From Chloroherpetonaceae bacterium (lineage in GTDB: Bacteria; Bacteroidota; Chlorobiia; Chlorobiales; Thermochlorobacteraceae), in contig JANWWM010000016.1 of NCBI GenBank assembly GCA_025055975.1, positions 78,159-142,158 of the forward strand: a stretch of 64,000 nt of DNA. The letters run 5' to 3'. Position numbers and translations under genes: made by a program. Positions within the stretch are counted from its first letter, which is position 1. Each line of letters starts with the position of its first letter. Below are positions 28,292 through 37,996 of this stretch, piece after piece. The notes below the pieces were generated by a model that saw only the letters and a list, made by a program, of their open reading frames with translations, ran no database searches and was not told the DNA's origin.

Positions 28292-30847
28292 TCAAGCCTC
28301 TTGCCTCAAAATTTCCAGCGGCGATGCGTCGTGAATTCCTCGGCTGCTTAACGCGCCAATCGCCACGGTCAAAGCCGCAAGCGCAAGCGTTTCAACGATG
28401 AGCGGCAACGGATTTGGAACGAAAGCGACGTTGAACAGCGCGTAGCCCAAAATCACGCTCGCCGCGGTCGCCAAGCCAATTCCCGAAAACGACGCGAGCG
28501 CGCCAAGAAAGGCATGCTCGACCATCATTATCGCCATCGCCTGCGAGCGCGTCGCTCCCAACGTTCGCAGCAACGCGCTCTCTTTGATTCGCTGAAAACG
28601 GCTTACCAAAACCGAACTCGCCAAAATCACCAAGCCCGTTCCGACGCTGAACAGCGAGATAAACTCGACCACGAGCGAGATTTTTTCCAAAACGGAATCC
28701 ACCGTCGCAAGAATCACGCGCAAATCGATCGCCAACACGTTTGGGAACGCTTCGAGCATCGCTTGTTGGAGTTTGGCGGATTGCGCGTCGCTTTCGGCGC
28801 GGACGAGCGCGGCGTAAATTTGAGGCGCGCTTTCCAAAACGCCCGTCGGGAAAATGACCGAAAACGACGGTTGAACGCGCCTAAAATCCACTTTGCGAAG
28901 GCTTCCGACGTAGCATTTTATCGGCATGCCCTGCGCATCGAAGACGATTTCGTCGTTCAATCCCACATCGAGCGCTTGCGCCAAAAATTCGCTGATGGAA
29001 ATTTTCACGCTGTCGTTTGGCGATTGGACGGGCTTGCCGAGTTCGCCTTTGAGGAGCGTTTCGGTTTCGTTGAGCGAATCTCGATACGAGACGCGATACT
29101 CCCAAAACCACGCGGGTTTCGCGCTCGAATCGCGTCGGGCTTCGGCGAGCGTTTTTCCTTTGACGGCGGCGATGCGCATCGTTACGATGGGAATCGTTTG
29201 CAGAGCGGGCGCATCGAACGCTTCGAGCAAACGTTTCACGCCATCCAATTGGTCGCTCTGCACGTCAAAGAAGACGAGGTTGGGCTGATCGCTCTTTGCC
29301 GCGAGTTCCACTTGTTGGAGAAGCGCCGCGCCGAGCAGATGCGAGAGCGCGATCATCATCGCGCCAAAACCAAGCGAGAGCGTCAGAACGAGAGTTTGAT
29401 TGTTGGGACGATAAAGATTCGCCACGCCTTGCCGCAAAACGTAATTGGCGCGTTTCGGGAGAAATTTTCGCGCCGCCCATATCGTCAATTTCGCCGCAAG
29501 CGCGAGCGCTCCGAGCGAAACGCCCAATCCGAGCGCGAGAACAAAGCCTTGCGCGGCTCGCTCTTCGACCGCAAGCGTCGCGCTCGTTTGCATCGCCGCA
29601 AACAGCCAAACGACGCAGGCAATCGCGGCGAAAACGACGTAGCGCGACTTTTCTTGCCCGATTGGCTCTTCTTCAAACGACGCGCGAAGCGCCAACAGCG
29701 GCGAAACGTTTCGAACGGAAAGAAGCGGCAAAAGCGCAAACGCCAGCGAGGTCAGCAGACCAATCCCCACGCCCGCGCCAATCGCCGAAAGCGACGCTTC
29801 AAACTCGACTTCAATCGGCAGGAAATCGCCAAGCGTTTCGGGCAGACGCGCTCCGACAAGAACGCCAAGTCCCGCCCCAAGCGTCGAGCCAATCAACCCC
29901 ATCGCAAACGCTTGAATCAAGTAAATCGCAAAGGCTTGCGAGGACGAGCAGCCGACGCAACGCAAAATGGCGATGGTTTGCAGTTTTTGCTTTGCGTAAA
30001 CATTCACCGCGCCCGCCACGCCCACGCTCCCCAATAGCAACGCGATAAAGCCGACGAGATTCAAAAAGCGATAGAGATTTTCCAATGTTCTGCCTAATGC
30101 GGTTTGTCGCTCTTCCGCCGTCGTCGCCGTCGCAGAGGTTCGATCCAAAATGGGCTTCAAGGAATCCGCGATGGCTTTCGCGCTCGCGTCGCGGGGCAAT
30201 TTGAGATAGGCTTTGTAAGAGACTCGACTGCCGACCTGAATGAGTTTCGTCGAGTCCACAAACGCGGGCGGAATGTAGATTTTCGGACCGATGACGGACG
30301 CGATTGCCGCTTCGCCGGGGATTTCTTTCAGAATGCCGCTTACGCGAAACGTCGCCTCGCCAATTTTGACGCTATCTCCAATTTGAACGCCGAATTGAAT
30401 CGCAAGCGCGTTGTCGATGATGGCGTTTGCGCCGTTGAGATGGCGGCGCGCGCCTGCGGGTTCGGTTTCGATTTCGCCGTAAAAGGGAAAGTCGCCCGTG
30501 ACGGCGCGAATCTGCGAGAGCCTGGCGCTCTTCGCTTTTGGAAAACGCGCCATTGAGCCGAAGGCGATTTCGCGGGAGATCTCGCCGTCTTTGGCGAGCG
30601 AATCCAATGCGCGTTCCAAGTCTTTCGGGAAGGGTTGGCGCGATTCAATCAGGAGATCCGCGCCCAAAAGCGATTTGGCTTGACGCTTGATGGCGCGTTC
30701 CAAGTTTTCGCCAAGCGAATTGACGGCGACAAGCGCCGCCACGCCCAACGCGATGGACGCGCCGAACAACGCCAAGCGACGACGACTTCTGCGACTGTCG
30801 CGCCAAGCCATTAGCCATGTCCATCGGTTGAACCAATCGGCAAGCAT
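28292..30847 (-). CDS. ABC-transporter permease with two FtsX domains (YbbP/MacB-like)
   Basis: 851 aa. N-terminal RDSRRSRRRLALFGASIALGVAALVAV, two large extracytoplasmic domains and two 4-TM FtsX-type blocks. Confidence 0.85.
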   Translation of the reverse strand: MLADWFNRWTWLMAWRDSRRSRRRLALFGASIALGVAALVAVNSLGENLERAIKRQAKSLLGADLLIESRQPFPKDLERALDSLAKDGEISREIAFGSMARFPKAKSARLSQIRAVTGDFPFYGEIETEPAGARRHLNGANAIIDNALAIQFGVQIGDSVKIGEATFRVSGILKEIPGEAAIASVIGPKIYIPPAFVDSTKLIQVGSRVSYKAYLKLPRDASAKAIADSLKPILDRTSATATTAEERQTALGRTLENLYRFLNLVGFIALLLGSVGVAGAVNVYAKQKLQTIAILRCVGCSSSQAFAIYLIQAFAMGLIGSTLGAGLGVLVGARLPETLGDFLPIEVEFEASLSAIGAGVGIGLLTSLAFALLPLLSVRNVSPLLALRASFEEEPIGQEKSRYVVFAAIACVVWLFAAMQTSATLAVEERAAQGFVLALGLGVSLGALALAAKLTIWAARKFLPKRANYVLRQGVANLYRPNNQTLVLTLSLGFGAMMIALSHLLGAALLQQVELAAKSDQPNLVFFDVQSDQLDGVKRLLEAFDAPALQTIPIVTMRIAAVKGKTLAEARRDSSAKPAWFWEYRVSYRDSLNETETLLKGELGKPVQSPNDSVKISISEFLAQALDVGLNDEIVFDAQGMPIKCYVGSLRKVDFRRVQPSFSVIFPTGVLESAPQIYAALVRAESDAQSAKLQQAMLEAFPNVLAIDLRVILATVDSVLEKISLVVEFISLFSVGTGLVILASSVLVSRFQRIKESALLRTLGATRSQAMAIMMVEHAFLGALASFSGIGLATAASVILGYALFNVAFVPNPLPLIVETLALAALTVAIGALSSRGIHDASPLEILRQEA

Positions 30848-30945
30848 TCAGGGCGGCGGAGTTTCGAGATTGCGCGTTTTGCCGCGAGCGACGATTTCGT
30901 CTTCGCTTTCGAGGGCGCGGAACGCTTCGCGTTCTTTTGGCGAGG

Positions 30946-31470
30946 TTATTTCGTCAAAAATCCGCCAAAAATCAGCATCAACGCCGCCGTTATCGCCACC
31001 ATCAAGAGCCAGCCCAAAACGCAAACGGCGACGGCTCTTACGGTCGAGTTGTAATCGAGCGCTTGACGCACGGCGATGACGAACGTGATGAGCATCCAAA
31101 TCTGCGCGATGAACGCGATGATGCCTCCGACAAACGGAATGACGCCAAGCGCGAGCAACAAGCCGGGCGCAGCGGAAAAGCCAATCGTGCGCAGGAGTTG
31201 CCCCAAATCCGCATGCGTTTGCGCTTCGGGCAAGAGTTTCGCGCCAACCAAGTAGGTTACGAGCGCCCAAACGAACCAGCCTATCAGCTGTCCAATCGTT
31301 CCGAACACCAGTCCCGTCGCGCCCGCTTCGTCGTAACTGCCGATTCCCGCCGCGACTCCGTGCAGAACGACGACGAGCATCGCTTGACCCAACGCCGTTT
31401 GGTCGGCTTCGACTTCTTCGTAGAGCGACACGTCCAATTTCGCCGCTCGAAGCATTCGTTGAAAAAGCAT
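30946..31470 (-). CDS. Yip1-family membrane protein
   Basis: 174 aa. LDVSLYEEVEADQTALGQAMLVVVLHGVAAGIG is followed by 4-5 TM helices. Confidence 0.7.
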   Translation of the reverse strand: MLFQRMLRAAKLDVSLYEEVEADQTALGQAMLVVVLHGVAAGIGSYDEAGATGLVFGTIGQLIGWFVWALVTYLVGAKLLPEAQTHADLGQLLRTIGFSAAPGLLLALGVIPFVGGIIAFIAQIWMLITFVIAVRQALDYNSTVRAVAVCVLGWLLMVAITAALMLIFGGFLTK

Positions 31471-31497
31471 AGTTGAGGTTTGGTTTTAGGTTGTTGG

Positions 31498-33951
31498 TCA
31501 AAACAGGTAGTTTGAAATCCAAATCACGTTGGCGAACACGCCCGCCGCCGTTACTTCCGCGCCCGCGCCCGCGCCTTTGACGACGAGCGGACGCTCGCGG
31601 TAGCGCTCCGTCGTGTAGGCGATGATGTTGTCGCTTCCCGACAGCGCGTAGAACGGGTGTTCGGCATCGATTGCCGCCAATCTCGCTTGCGCTTCGCCGT
31701 TTTCGAGCGAGGCGATGAAGCGCAGAACGCGCTTTTGCTCCTCCGCTTGGCGCTTGCGCTCTTCGAACATCGGATTTGCTTTTTCCAGCTCAACGAAGAA
31801 CTCCTCGACCGTCTTGGCGGCAAGGCACGGGTCGGGCAAGATGTTTTCCACCTTGACGTCGGAAAGTTCGAGCGGCAAGCCCGTCTCGCGCGCCAGAATC
31901 AAAATTTTTCGCGCCACGTCCAAGCCGCTCAAATCCTCGCGCGGGTCGGGCTCCGTGTAGCCCAGTCGCATCGCCTCGCGCACGACGTCGCTGAAGTTGC
32001 GCTCGCCTTTGAAATTGTTGAAGATGTAGCTCAACGAGCCGGACAGCACGGCTTCGATTTTGAGGATTTTGTCGCCGCTCGATAGCAAGTCGTTCAAGGT
32101 GTTGATGACGGGCAAGCCCGCGCCGACGTTGGTCTCGTAAAGATACTTGACGTCGTGCTGAATGGCGGCGAGTTTGAGTTTCTTGTAGTCTTCGTATTTG
32201 CCCGAATTGGCGCGTTTGTTTGGCGTTACGACCGAGATGCTCGAAGAGAGAATTTCCTCGTAATGCTCGACGACCTCGTCCGCCGCCGTGCAATCGATGA
32301 ACACGCTTCCCGACAGGTTGAGCGACTTCATTCGGCGCACAAATTCCTTCATATCTTTCGGCTCGCCCCGCTCTTCGAGCGTGGTTTTCCAGCATTTGAG
32401 GTCGATGCCGTTGGGATTGAAGACCATTTTTTTGCTTCGCGCCAGCGCGACGACTTTGATTTCCAGCGATTGCTGTTCGCGCAGCGCTTTGGAGTGTTCG
32501 TCGAGTTGTCGCAAAAACGTGCCCCCAATCAAGCCCGTGCCAACGAGAAAGAGATGCAACGTTTTGCGCTTGGAGAGGAAGAAAACCTCGTGCAAGGCGT
32601 TGAGCGCTTTTTCTTCGTCGGCGCGATTGATGACGACGGAGATGTTCATTTCCGACGAGCCTTGCGCGATGGCGACGACGTTGATGCCGTTCTTGCCCAG
32701 CGTTTGAAAGAACCAGCCCGCCACGCCCGTGCGATGCTTCATATTCTCGCCCACGACGGCGACGATGGAAAGATTGGTCTCGACATCGATCGGATAAATT
32801 TTCCCTGCGGCGATTTCCAAGTGAAATTCTTTTTCGACGGCGGCTTTCGCCCGTTCCGCGTCTTTGAGCGCGACGGCAAAGCAGATGCTATGCTCCGACG
32901 AGGCTTGCGAGATGAAAATCACGTTGACGTTTTCGTTGGCGAGCGCCGAAAACACGCGCTTCGCCGTGCCGATGGCGCGCACCAGTCCGCTCCCCTCGAT
33001 GCGCAAGACCGCCACGTCGTCGAGCGACGAAATGCCGCAGACCGAGACTTTTCGCTCTGGCGCGCTCGCCGTGATGAGCGTGCCCTGAAACGACGGGTTG
33101 AAGGTGTTGAGAATCCGAATCGGAATGTTTTGCAGCATCGCGGGCTGAACGGTCGGCGGATACAAGACCTTCGCGCCCGAATTGGACATTTCGAGCGCCT
33201 CGCGGTAACTCATCTGCGGAATCGGGAAAGCGTCCTTGACTTTGCGCGGGTCGGCGGTCATAAAGCCATCGACATCGGTCCAGATTTGGATTTCGGACGC
33301 ATGCAGAGCCGCGCCGAAAATCGCCGCCGTGTAGTCCGAGCCGCCGCGTCCGAGCGTGGTCGTCTCGCCTTTGAGCGTCGAGCCAATGAAACCCGTGATG
33401 ACTTGAAGCGCGCCGCGATTGAGAAAGTAGGTGCGAATGTTGCGGTAGGTCTCTTCTTGCAAAATGCCCGCCGCGCCGTAGCGATTGTCGGTCTTGACCA
33501 AGTCGCGCGCGTCGCAATACTCCGCGTCCGTTCCCTTCGCCTTGAACGCCTCGGCGATGATGAACGCCGAGAGCCGCTCGCCAAAGCTCATAATGAAATC
33601 CAACGTGCGCTCCGTGTATTCGCCCACCAAATACGTTCCGTGCAAAATGTCTTCCAGCTCGTTGAGCATCATCTTCACGGTCGCCAGCGCGGGCGCTTGC
33701 GACTTGATGGGCACGAGCGCGTGAACGGCGGCAAGATGACGCTTTTCAAACTCGATGAAAAGTTCCTTGTAGGCAAGGTCGCCATCGGCGGCTTTTTTCG
33801 CCATCTCGATGAGCCTATCCGTCGCGCCGCCAAAGGCGGAGACGACGACGGCAACGGGCGATTTTTCCCTCGCCTCGCGGACGAGCGCGATGACCGTCTC
33901 GATGCGTTCAGGCGCGCCAACGGACGTGCCTCCAAACTTGAGAATCTTCAT
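31498..33951 (-). CDS. thrA: bifunctional aspartate kinase / homoserine dehydrogenase
   Basis: The start was taken at MKILKFGGTSVG (aspartokinase). ACT region, then a homoserine dehydrogenase Rossmann fold LFLVGTGLIGG and its C-terminal catalytic blocks. Confidence 0.9.
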   Translation of the reverse strand: MKILKFGGTSVGAPERIETVIALVREAREKSPVAVVVSAFGGATDRLIEMAKKAADGDLAYKELFIEFEKRHLAAVHALVPIKSQAPALATVKMMLNELEDILHGTYLVGEYTERTLDFIMSFGERLSAFIIAEAFKAKGTDAEYCDARDLVKTDNRYGAAGILQEETYRNIRTYFLNRGALQVITGFIGSTLKGETTTLGRGGSDYTAAIFGAALHASEIQIWTDVDGFMTADPRKVKDAFPIPQMSYREALEMSNSGAKVLYPPTVQPAMLQNIPIRILNTFNPSFQGTLITASAPERKVSVCGISSLDDVAVLRIEGSGLVRAIGTAKRVFSALANENVNVIFISQASSEHSICFAVALKDAERAKAAVEKEFHLEIAAGKIYPIDVETNLSIVAVVGENMKHRTGVAGWFFQTLGKNGINVVAIAQGSSEMNISVVINRADEEKALNALHEVFFLSKRKTLHLFLVGTGLIGGTFLRQLDEHSKALREQQSLEIKVVALARSKKMVFNPNGIDLKCWKTTLEERGEPKDMKEFVRRMKSLNLSGSVFIDCTAADEVVEHYEEILSSSISVVTPNKRANSGKYEDYKKLKLAAIQHDVKYLYETNVGAGLPVINTLNDLLSSGDKILKIEAVLSGSLSYIFNNFKGERNFSDVVREAMRLGYTEPDPREDLSGLDVARKILILARETGLPLELSDVKVENILPDPCLAAKTVEEFFVELEKANPMFEERKRQAEEQKRVLRFIASLENGEAQARLAAIDAEHPFYALSGSDNIIAYTTERYRERPLVVKGAGAGAEVTAAGVFANVIWISNYLF

Positions 33952-34101
33952 TCTTGGCGGTTTTTTTAAGACGCGCAAAGAAGCGGATTTCTTCGCGGTT
34001 TTCAAAACCGAACTTTTTGTAAAAAAGCGTAAATGACGTAACATTTTTCCAATTCTGCTGCGCTCTGCGATCGCTTCTATCAACTCAAAACGGTTCTAAC
34101 A

Positions 34102-37077
34102 ATGCGTCAATCTCTTGCGCTTTCGCTCCTGCTGCTTCTGACATCGCCGACCATCGTCGCAAAAGAAGACAAAAGCAAAACCGCCGGCGGCTCGGCGCAA
34201 CCTTCGTCTATTGAAGTTATTTCCTATCGTCCGATGCGCCCCAATAGCGTAGAGGCTTGGTTTGTCAACGACGCAAGAAGTTTCCAGACACAGCTTGATG
34301 GCGCAGGCTTCTTCTGGCCTGCAGGGTCGGGTCGGGCGGCTATTTTCTTGGCGGCGCCGTGGGTTGCGGCTCAATTTGAGGGCGATACCACTTTCGCTGG
34401 AATCAGAACTGCTGCTGTCGAAAACCTCGGACGCAACGGCACGGAATATCGCCCTGGCAAAATTCTTCGCGTTGGCAATTCCATTGTCGCCGACGATCCA
34501 AACCTGCCGCGCTACCGTCTCTACCACATTCGGCGCGGCGACGACGCGCTCGTCAATCCTGACTACGCCGAGTGGCCCGTTGCCGATGGCGCGCCCGTTA
34601 ATGCCAACGGTCAACCGCTCGTAACAGGCTCCGAATCGATGTGGTATGTCGCCAACGATATGGTTCCTGGCGCGCGCCGATTTAGCGCGCAACCGCTCGG
34701 ATGCGAATTGCAACAATATATGTATGGCATTCCAAGCTCAAGCCCGATTCTGAATCAGACGATTTTCATCAAGATGCGCCTCATCAATCGCAACATTCCC
34801 GATCCTCAAAATCCGAATCGCGGGCTTTGGAAGAACGCTTATATCGCCATGTTTAACGATGCCAATGTGGGCGACGCAGGCGATGATCTCGTGGGATGCG
34901 ATACGCTCAACGGATTGGCATACACTTACAATGCGACAAACAACGATATCGTCTATGGCCCTGCGCCTCCTGCGGTGGGTTTTGTGTTCTTGGAAGGCAG
35001 AGTTCGCTCTACGCCCATCGCGCCAAGCGCGCACGTGCGTTTTGGCAACGCAGGTGGACCAATCAGCCTCCCCACAACAGGCTACCCTAATCACGTCTAC
35101 AACCTTATGCGTGGCTTGGATAAGAATGGCAACCCTCTTAGCCACACCGTCCCCGGTTCTCGCTTTATGTTCCCTGGCGACCCTGCGACAGGACAAGGCA
35201 TCATTGAGACGCAACTAGGCGACAAGCTCAGTTTGCTTGCTGCAGGACCGTTCGACGTGCGCGCTGGCGATACGGTCGAGGTTACTTACGCCGTCGTCAT
35301 CGCGCGTGGCGCGAGCAACCTTAACAGCGTAACGCTTCTGAGGCAATATGCGTCGCTCATTCGCTCGTTCTACAATGCGACGAATGCTTCTCCATATCGC
35401 ATTGCGCTCTATCTCAATCGCGGCGTTAATCCAACCGTCAATACGCCTTTTGAAATTGCGATTGAGACGCAAGATTCTCTTGGCTTTGCGCGACCCGTAA
35501 CGCAGAACACGGTCATCAATCTTTCGCTGACGGCAGGTTCGGGCACGCTTTCAGGCACGCAAACCGCCATCGTCTTGGCGGGGCAAAGCCAAGCCGTTAT
35601 AGACAACCTCGCCTACAACCAAGCGGAGAACGGCGTGCAGATAACGGCTTCTCGCGTTTCGGGCAACAACCTTGTTCCGGGAACGATTCGCTTCAATGTT
35701 CGCCCTGCGGCGACCGCTCTTGCCGTTCAATCTCTCTCGTTTCCGCCGTCTTCCTCGCCCGCAACCGTATTCAGAGACATTCGCATTGCCGCCATTCTTC
35801 CCGATAGTTCTCTCGATTCAAACTACTCTCGCCCTGTCTCGCTGAGCGTCGTGAGCGGTCCAACCAATCTGGCGGGTCAGACCACCGTTTTGCCGATCAA
35901 TGGCGTTGCGACTTTCAACGTTGCGTTTCCGCGCGCCGGCACATATACGCTTCGCGCGTCGTCGGCAAATTTGCCTCCGTTAAACGTTGGAACTTTCGCC
36001 GTCATTCCTTTGCTCGCCAACACGCCGCCGCAGTATGCGAAAATTCCCGCGTCAGCGGAGCCTTCGATTTTGCCGCACTGTCGCTTGTTTCAAATCGCGG
36101 GGCTAACGCCAAACGCGACCTATCGCTATCGGTTCGTAACGACGGCAAGTTCGAACTTCATCGCGCCAAGCCCAAACGGTTTCGTCCGTCATCAACCGCC
36201 GTATCCGAATGATCTGTCTCAAAAATTCGGCGAGTTTACGACCGACGCAAATGGCTTTTACAGGGGTTGGTTTATCGCGGAAATGATCGCATCGGGCAAT
36301 TTGGCGGGGAGCGTTCAAATCAACGATGGCGCCAACGGCTCGCAGATAGCCTACAACATTTCGCTTACAGAACCCATCAGCACGAACTTTTTTGGAACGA
36401 CGGCGCTTCGCGCGACGGGCGTTGTCGGGATTCTGCCCGCCACGATTGGCTCAATTTCAACCGCACGAAAGATCGTCGCGCTCTACGACAACGTTCAAGG
36501 CACGGGCAGACCGCTCTCCACGACCTACACGGAAGACGATGGCACCGCGCCGACTGACTATCCTTCTTTCTATCAGACTTCGGTCAATGGCGTCAATGGT
36601 CGGTTCGGCACGTTGCTGCTCAATCAATCGCCGAATGGCATTCGCCGTCTCGAACTGCTTGACTTGAATGGCAATCGGTTAGCGTTTGCCACGTCTGCCA
36701 ATGGCGTTTGGGGAACGGTCAACACCGTCAATCCCAGCGGCGGCGCCACTCAGCCGCTCGTGATTGATTTCTCAAATTTCCTCAGCGCGCCCGCTGGAAA
36801 CGAATCCAAGCCCAATGTGTATCGCTTGGCGCAAAACTATCCGAATCCGTTTAACCCGACGACCGTCATCGCGTATCAATTGCCCGTCGCCAGCGACGTG
36901 AAGTTGGAAGTCTTCGACGTCTTGGGCAGAAAAGTCGCCACGCTCGTCGATGCCAAGCAAGCCGCGGGCGAATACAGCGTTTCGTTCAACGCGGAAGGAC
37001 TTGCCAGCGGCGTTTATTTTTACCGCCTGCAAGCCAAAGACTTCGTTCAAACGAAAAAGATGATGCTCGTAAGGTAA
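34102..37077 (+). CDS. 991-aa secreted protein of unknown function with a T9SS type-A C-terminal sorting domain
   Basis: Signal peptide; about 420 aa of unrecognised N-terminal domain; Ser/Thr/Asn-rich Ig-like repeats. The CTD is NYPNPFNPTTVIAYQLPVASDVKLEVFDVLGRKVATLV...SGVYFYRLQA...KKMMLVR. Confidence 0.7.
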   Translation: MRQSLALSLLLLLTSPTIVAKEDKSKTAGGSAQPSSIEVISYRPMRPNSVEAWFVNDARSFQTQLDGAGFFWPAGSGRAAIFLAAPWVAAQFEGDTTFAGIRTAAVENLGRNGTEYRPGKILRVGNSIVADDPNLPRYRLYHIRRGDDALVNPDYAEWPVADGAPVNANGQPLVTGSESMWYVANDMVPGARRFSAQPLGCELQQYMYGIPSSSPILNQTIFIKMRLINRNIPDPQNPNRGLWKNAYIAMFNDANVGDAGDDLVGCDTLNGLAYTYNATNNDIVYGPAPPAVGFVFLEGRVRSTPIAPSAHVRFGNAGGPISLPTTGYPNHVYNLMRGLDKNGNPLSHTVPGSRFMFPGDPATGQGIIETQLGDKLSLLAAGPFDVRAGDTVEVTYAVVIARGASNLNSVTLLRQYASLIRSFYNATNASPYRIALYLNRGVNPTVNTPFEIAIETQDSLGFARPVTQNTVINLSLTAGSGTLSGTQTAIVLAGQSQAVIDNLAYNQAENGVQITASRVSGNNLVPGTIRFNVRPAATALAVQSLSFPPSSSPATVFRDIRIAAILPDSSLDSNYSRPVSLSVVSGPTNLAGQTTVLPINGVATFNVAFPRAGTYTLRASSANLPPLNVGTFAVIPLLANTPPQYAKIPASAEPSILPHCRLFQIAGLTPNATYRYRFVTTASSNFIAPSPNGFVRHQPPYPNDLSQKFGEFTTDANGFYRGWFIAEMIASGNLAGSVQINDGANGSQIAYNISLTEPISTNFFGTTALRATGVVGILPATIGSISTARKIVALYDNVQGTGRPLSTTYTEDDGTAPTDYPSFYQTSVNGVNGRFGTLLLNQSPNGIRRLELLDLNGNRLAFATSANGVWGTVNTVNPSGGATQPLVIDFSNFLSAPAGNESKPNVYRLAQNYPNPFNPTTVIAYQLPVASDVKLEVFDVLGRKVATLVDAKQAAGEYSVSFNAEGLASGVYFYRLQAKDFVQTKKMMLVR

Positions 37078-37120
37078 GCGGCGCGAGCAGGATTCAGCCC
37101 TCGCCTGATTTCGTCAGAAT

Positions 37121-37146
37121 GCCTCTCTCCGCACAGGGAGAGAGGC
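37121..37146. repeat. perfect 10-bp hairpin downstream of the T9SS cargo gene
   Basis: gcctctctcc-gcacag-ggagagaggc. No T run follows, so its role as a terminator is uncertain. Confidence 0.5.
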
Positions 37147-37157
37147 TACGGGCGGGC

Positions 37158-37313
37158 GATTCCTCGTTCCGCTCGGAACGACAACGAAAACGCGCCGTCA
37201 TTCTGAACGAGGGGAAGAATCTCTGCTTCGGATTCCTTGTTTGGCTCGGAATGCGAGGCGAGGAAGATGCGATGCTTTTTGCCATTTTTGAACGGGGCGA
37301 AGCATTCGCAATC
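37158..37313. repeat. cluster of three palindromic repeat units plus a CATTCGCAATC box
   Basis: Units lie at 37158-37182, 37197-37223 and 37230-37257 in alternating orientation. The box lies at 37303-37313. Confidence 0.7.
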
Positions 37314-37332
37314 ACAACGACTTCATTCCACG

Positions 37333-37995
37333 ATGACATTCACGACGCGGCTTTCTCTTCTCTTTCTTGCCATAGCCCTTGCGGCGTTCAGCGTCTATTA
37401 CTTCCTTTTCAAACTTCCCATCGAGCGTTCGGAACGGGCGTTTGAAAAAAGCAAAGAAGCGGCGCGCAAAATCGCTTCGGAGTTTCAGCAAGCCTTTGGC
37501 TTTTCGCCTGAAATCCTCGCGCGAGATTGCGTCATCGTCGGAGCGGCGACTCCGATTTTGGAACTTGCCACCGTTTCCAAGCCGCTTACGGTGGAAACGT
37601 CTTACGGCGAAAAAGACGCGATGACCTCGTATTCGGTCGTCGTCAGGGGCGAGTATGTGGTGAAGGCGGGCTACGATTTGCGCAAGAAGTTTCGCATCGA
37701 AGTTGCGGAAGGCGGCATTTCCGCCGAGTTTCCCGAACCGCAAATTCTCTCGGCGGAATTGACGAACTACGAAATTCTTGGCGAAGGCGGAACGCTGAGC
37801 GTTTTTTGGAAGAAGACCTCGAAGCAAGCCGTGCAAGAAGCGGCGCTCAAACGCAACAAAGAACGCGCGCTTCAAGCCGCCGATTCTTCGGGCATCTTGA
37901 ACGACGCGCGCGAAAAACTTTTGCTTCAAACCCGTTCCATTTTCGAGCGCGTTTCGGAATCGCCGAAAAATCTTTCCATTCGATTTCGCGGATAG
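37333..37995 (+). CDS. DUF4230-family membrane-anchored protein
   Basis: The start was taken at MTFTTRL (TM anchor). VVVRGEYVVKAGYDLRKKFRIEV...AEFPEPQIL is the DUF4230 pattern. Confidence 0.7.
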   Translation: MTFTTRLSLLFLAIALAAFSVYYFLFKLPIERSERAFEKSKEAARKIASEFQQAFGFSPEILARDCVIVGAATPILELATVSKPLTVETSYGEKDAMTSYSVVVRGEYVVKAGYDLRKKFRIEVAEGGISAEFPEPQILSAELTNYEILGEGGTLSVFWKKTSKQAVQEAALKRNKERALQAADSSGILNDAREKLLLQTRSIFERVSESPKNLSIRFRG

Positions 37996-37996
37996 C

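Noticed and set aside
30848-31522. A 224-aa ORF overlapping the Yip1-family gene in another frame.
   Set aside because: It is Arg-rich and low in complexity with no motifs. The Yip1 frame has coherent TM helices.
33952-34101. Possible leader or attenuator hairpin upstream of thrA (cgcgaagaa-atccgc-ttctttgcg).
   Set aside because: The stem is imperfect, no T run follows it, and there is no Thr/Ile-rich leader peptide. The evidence is insufficient.
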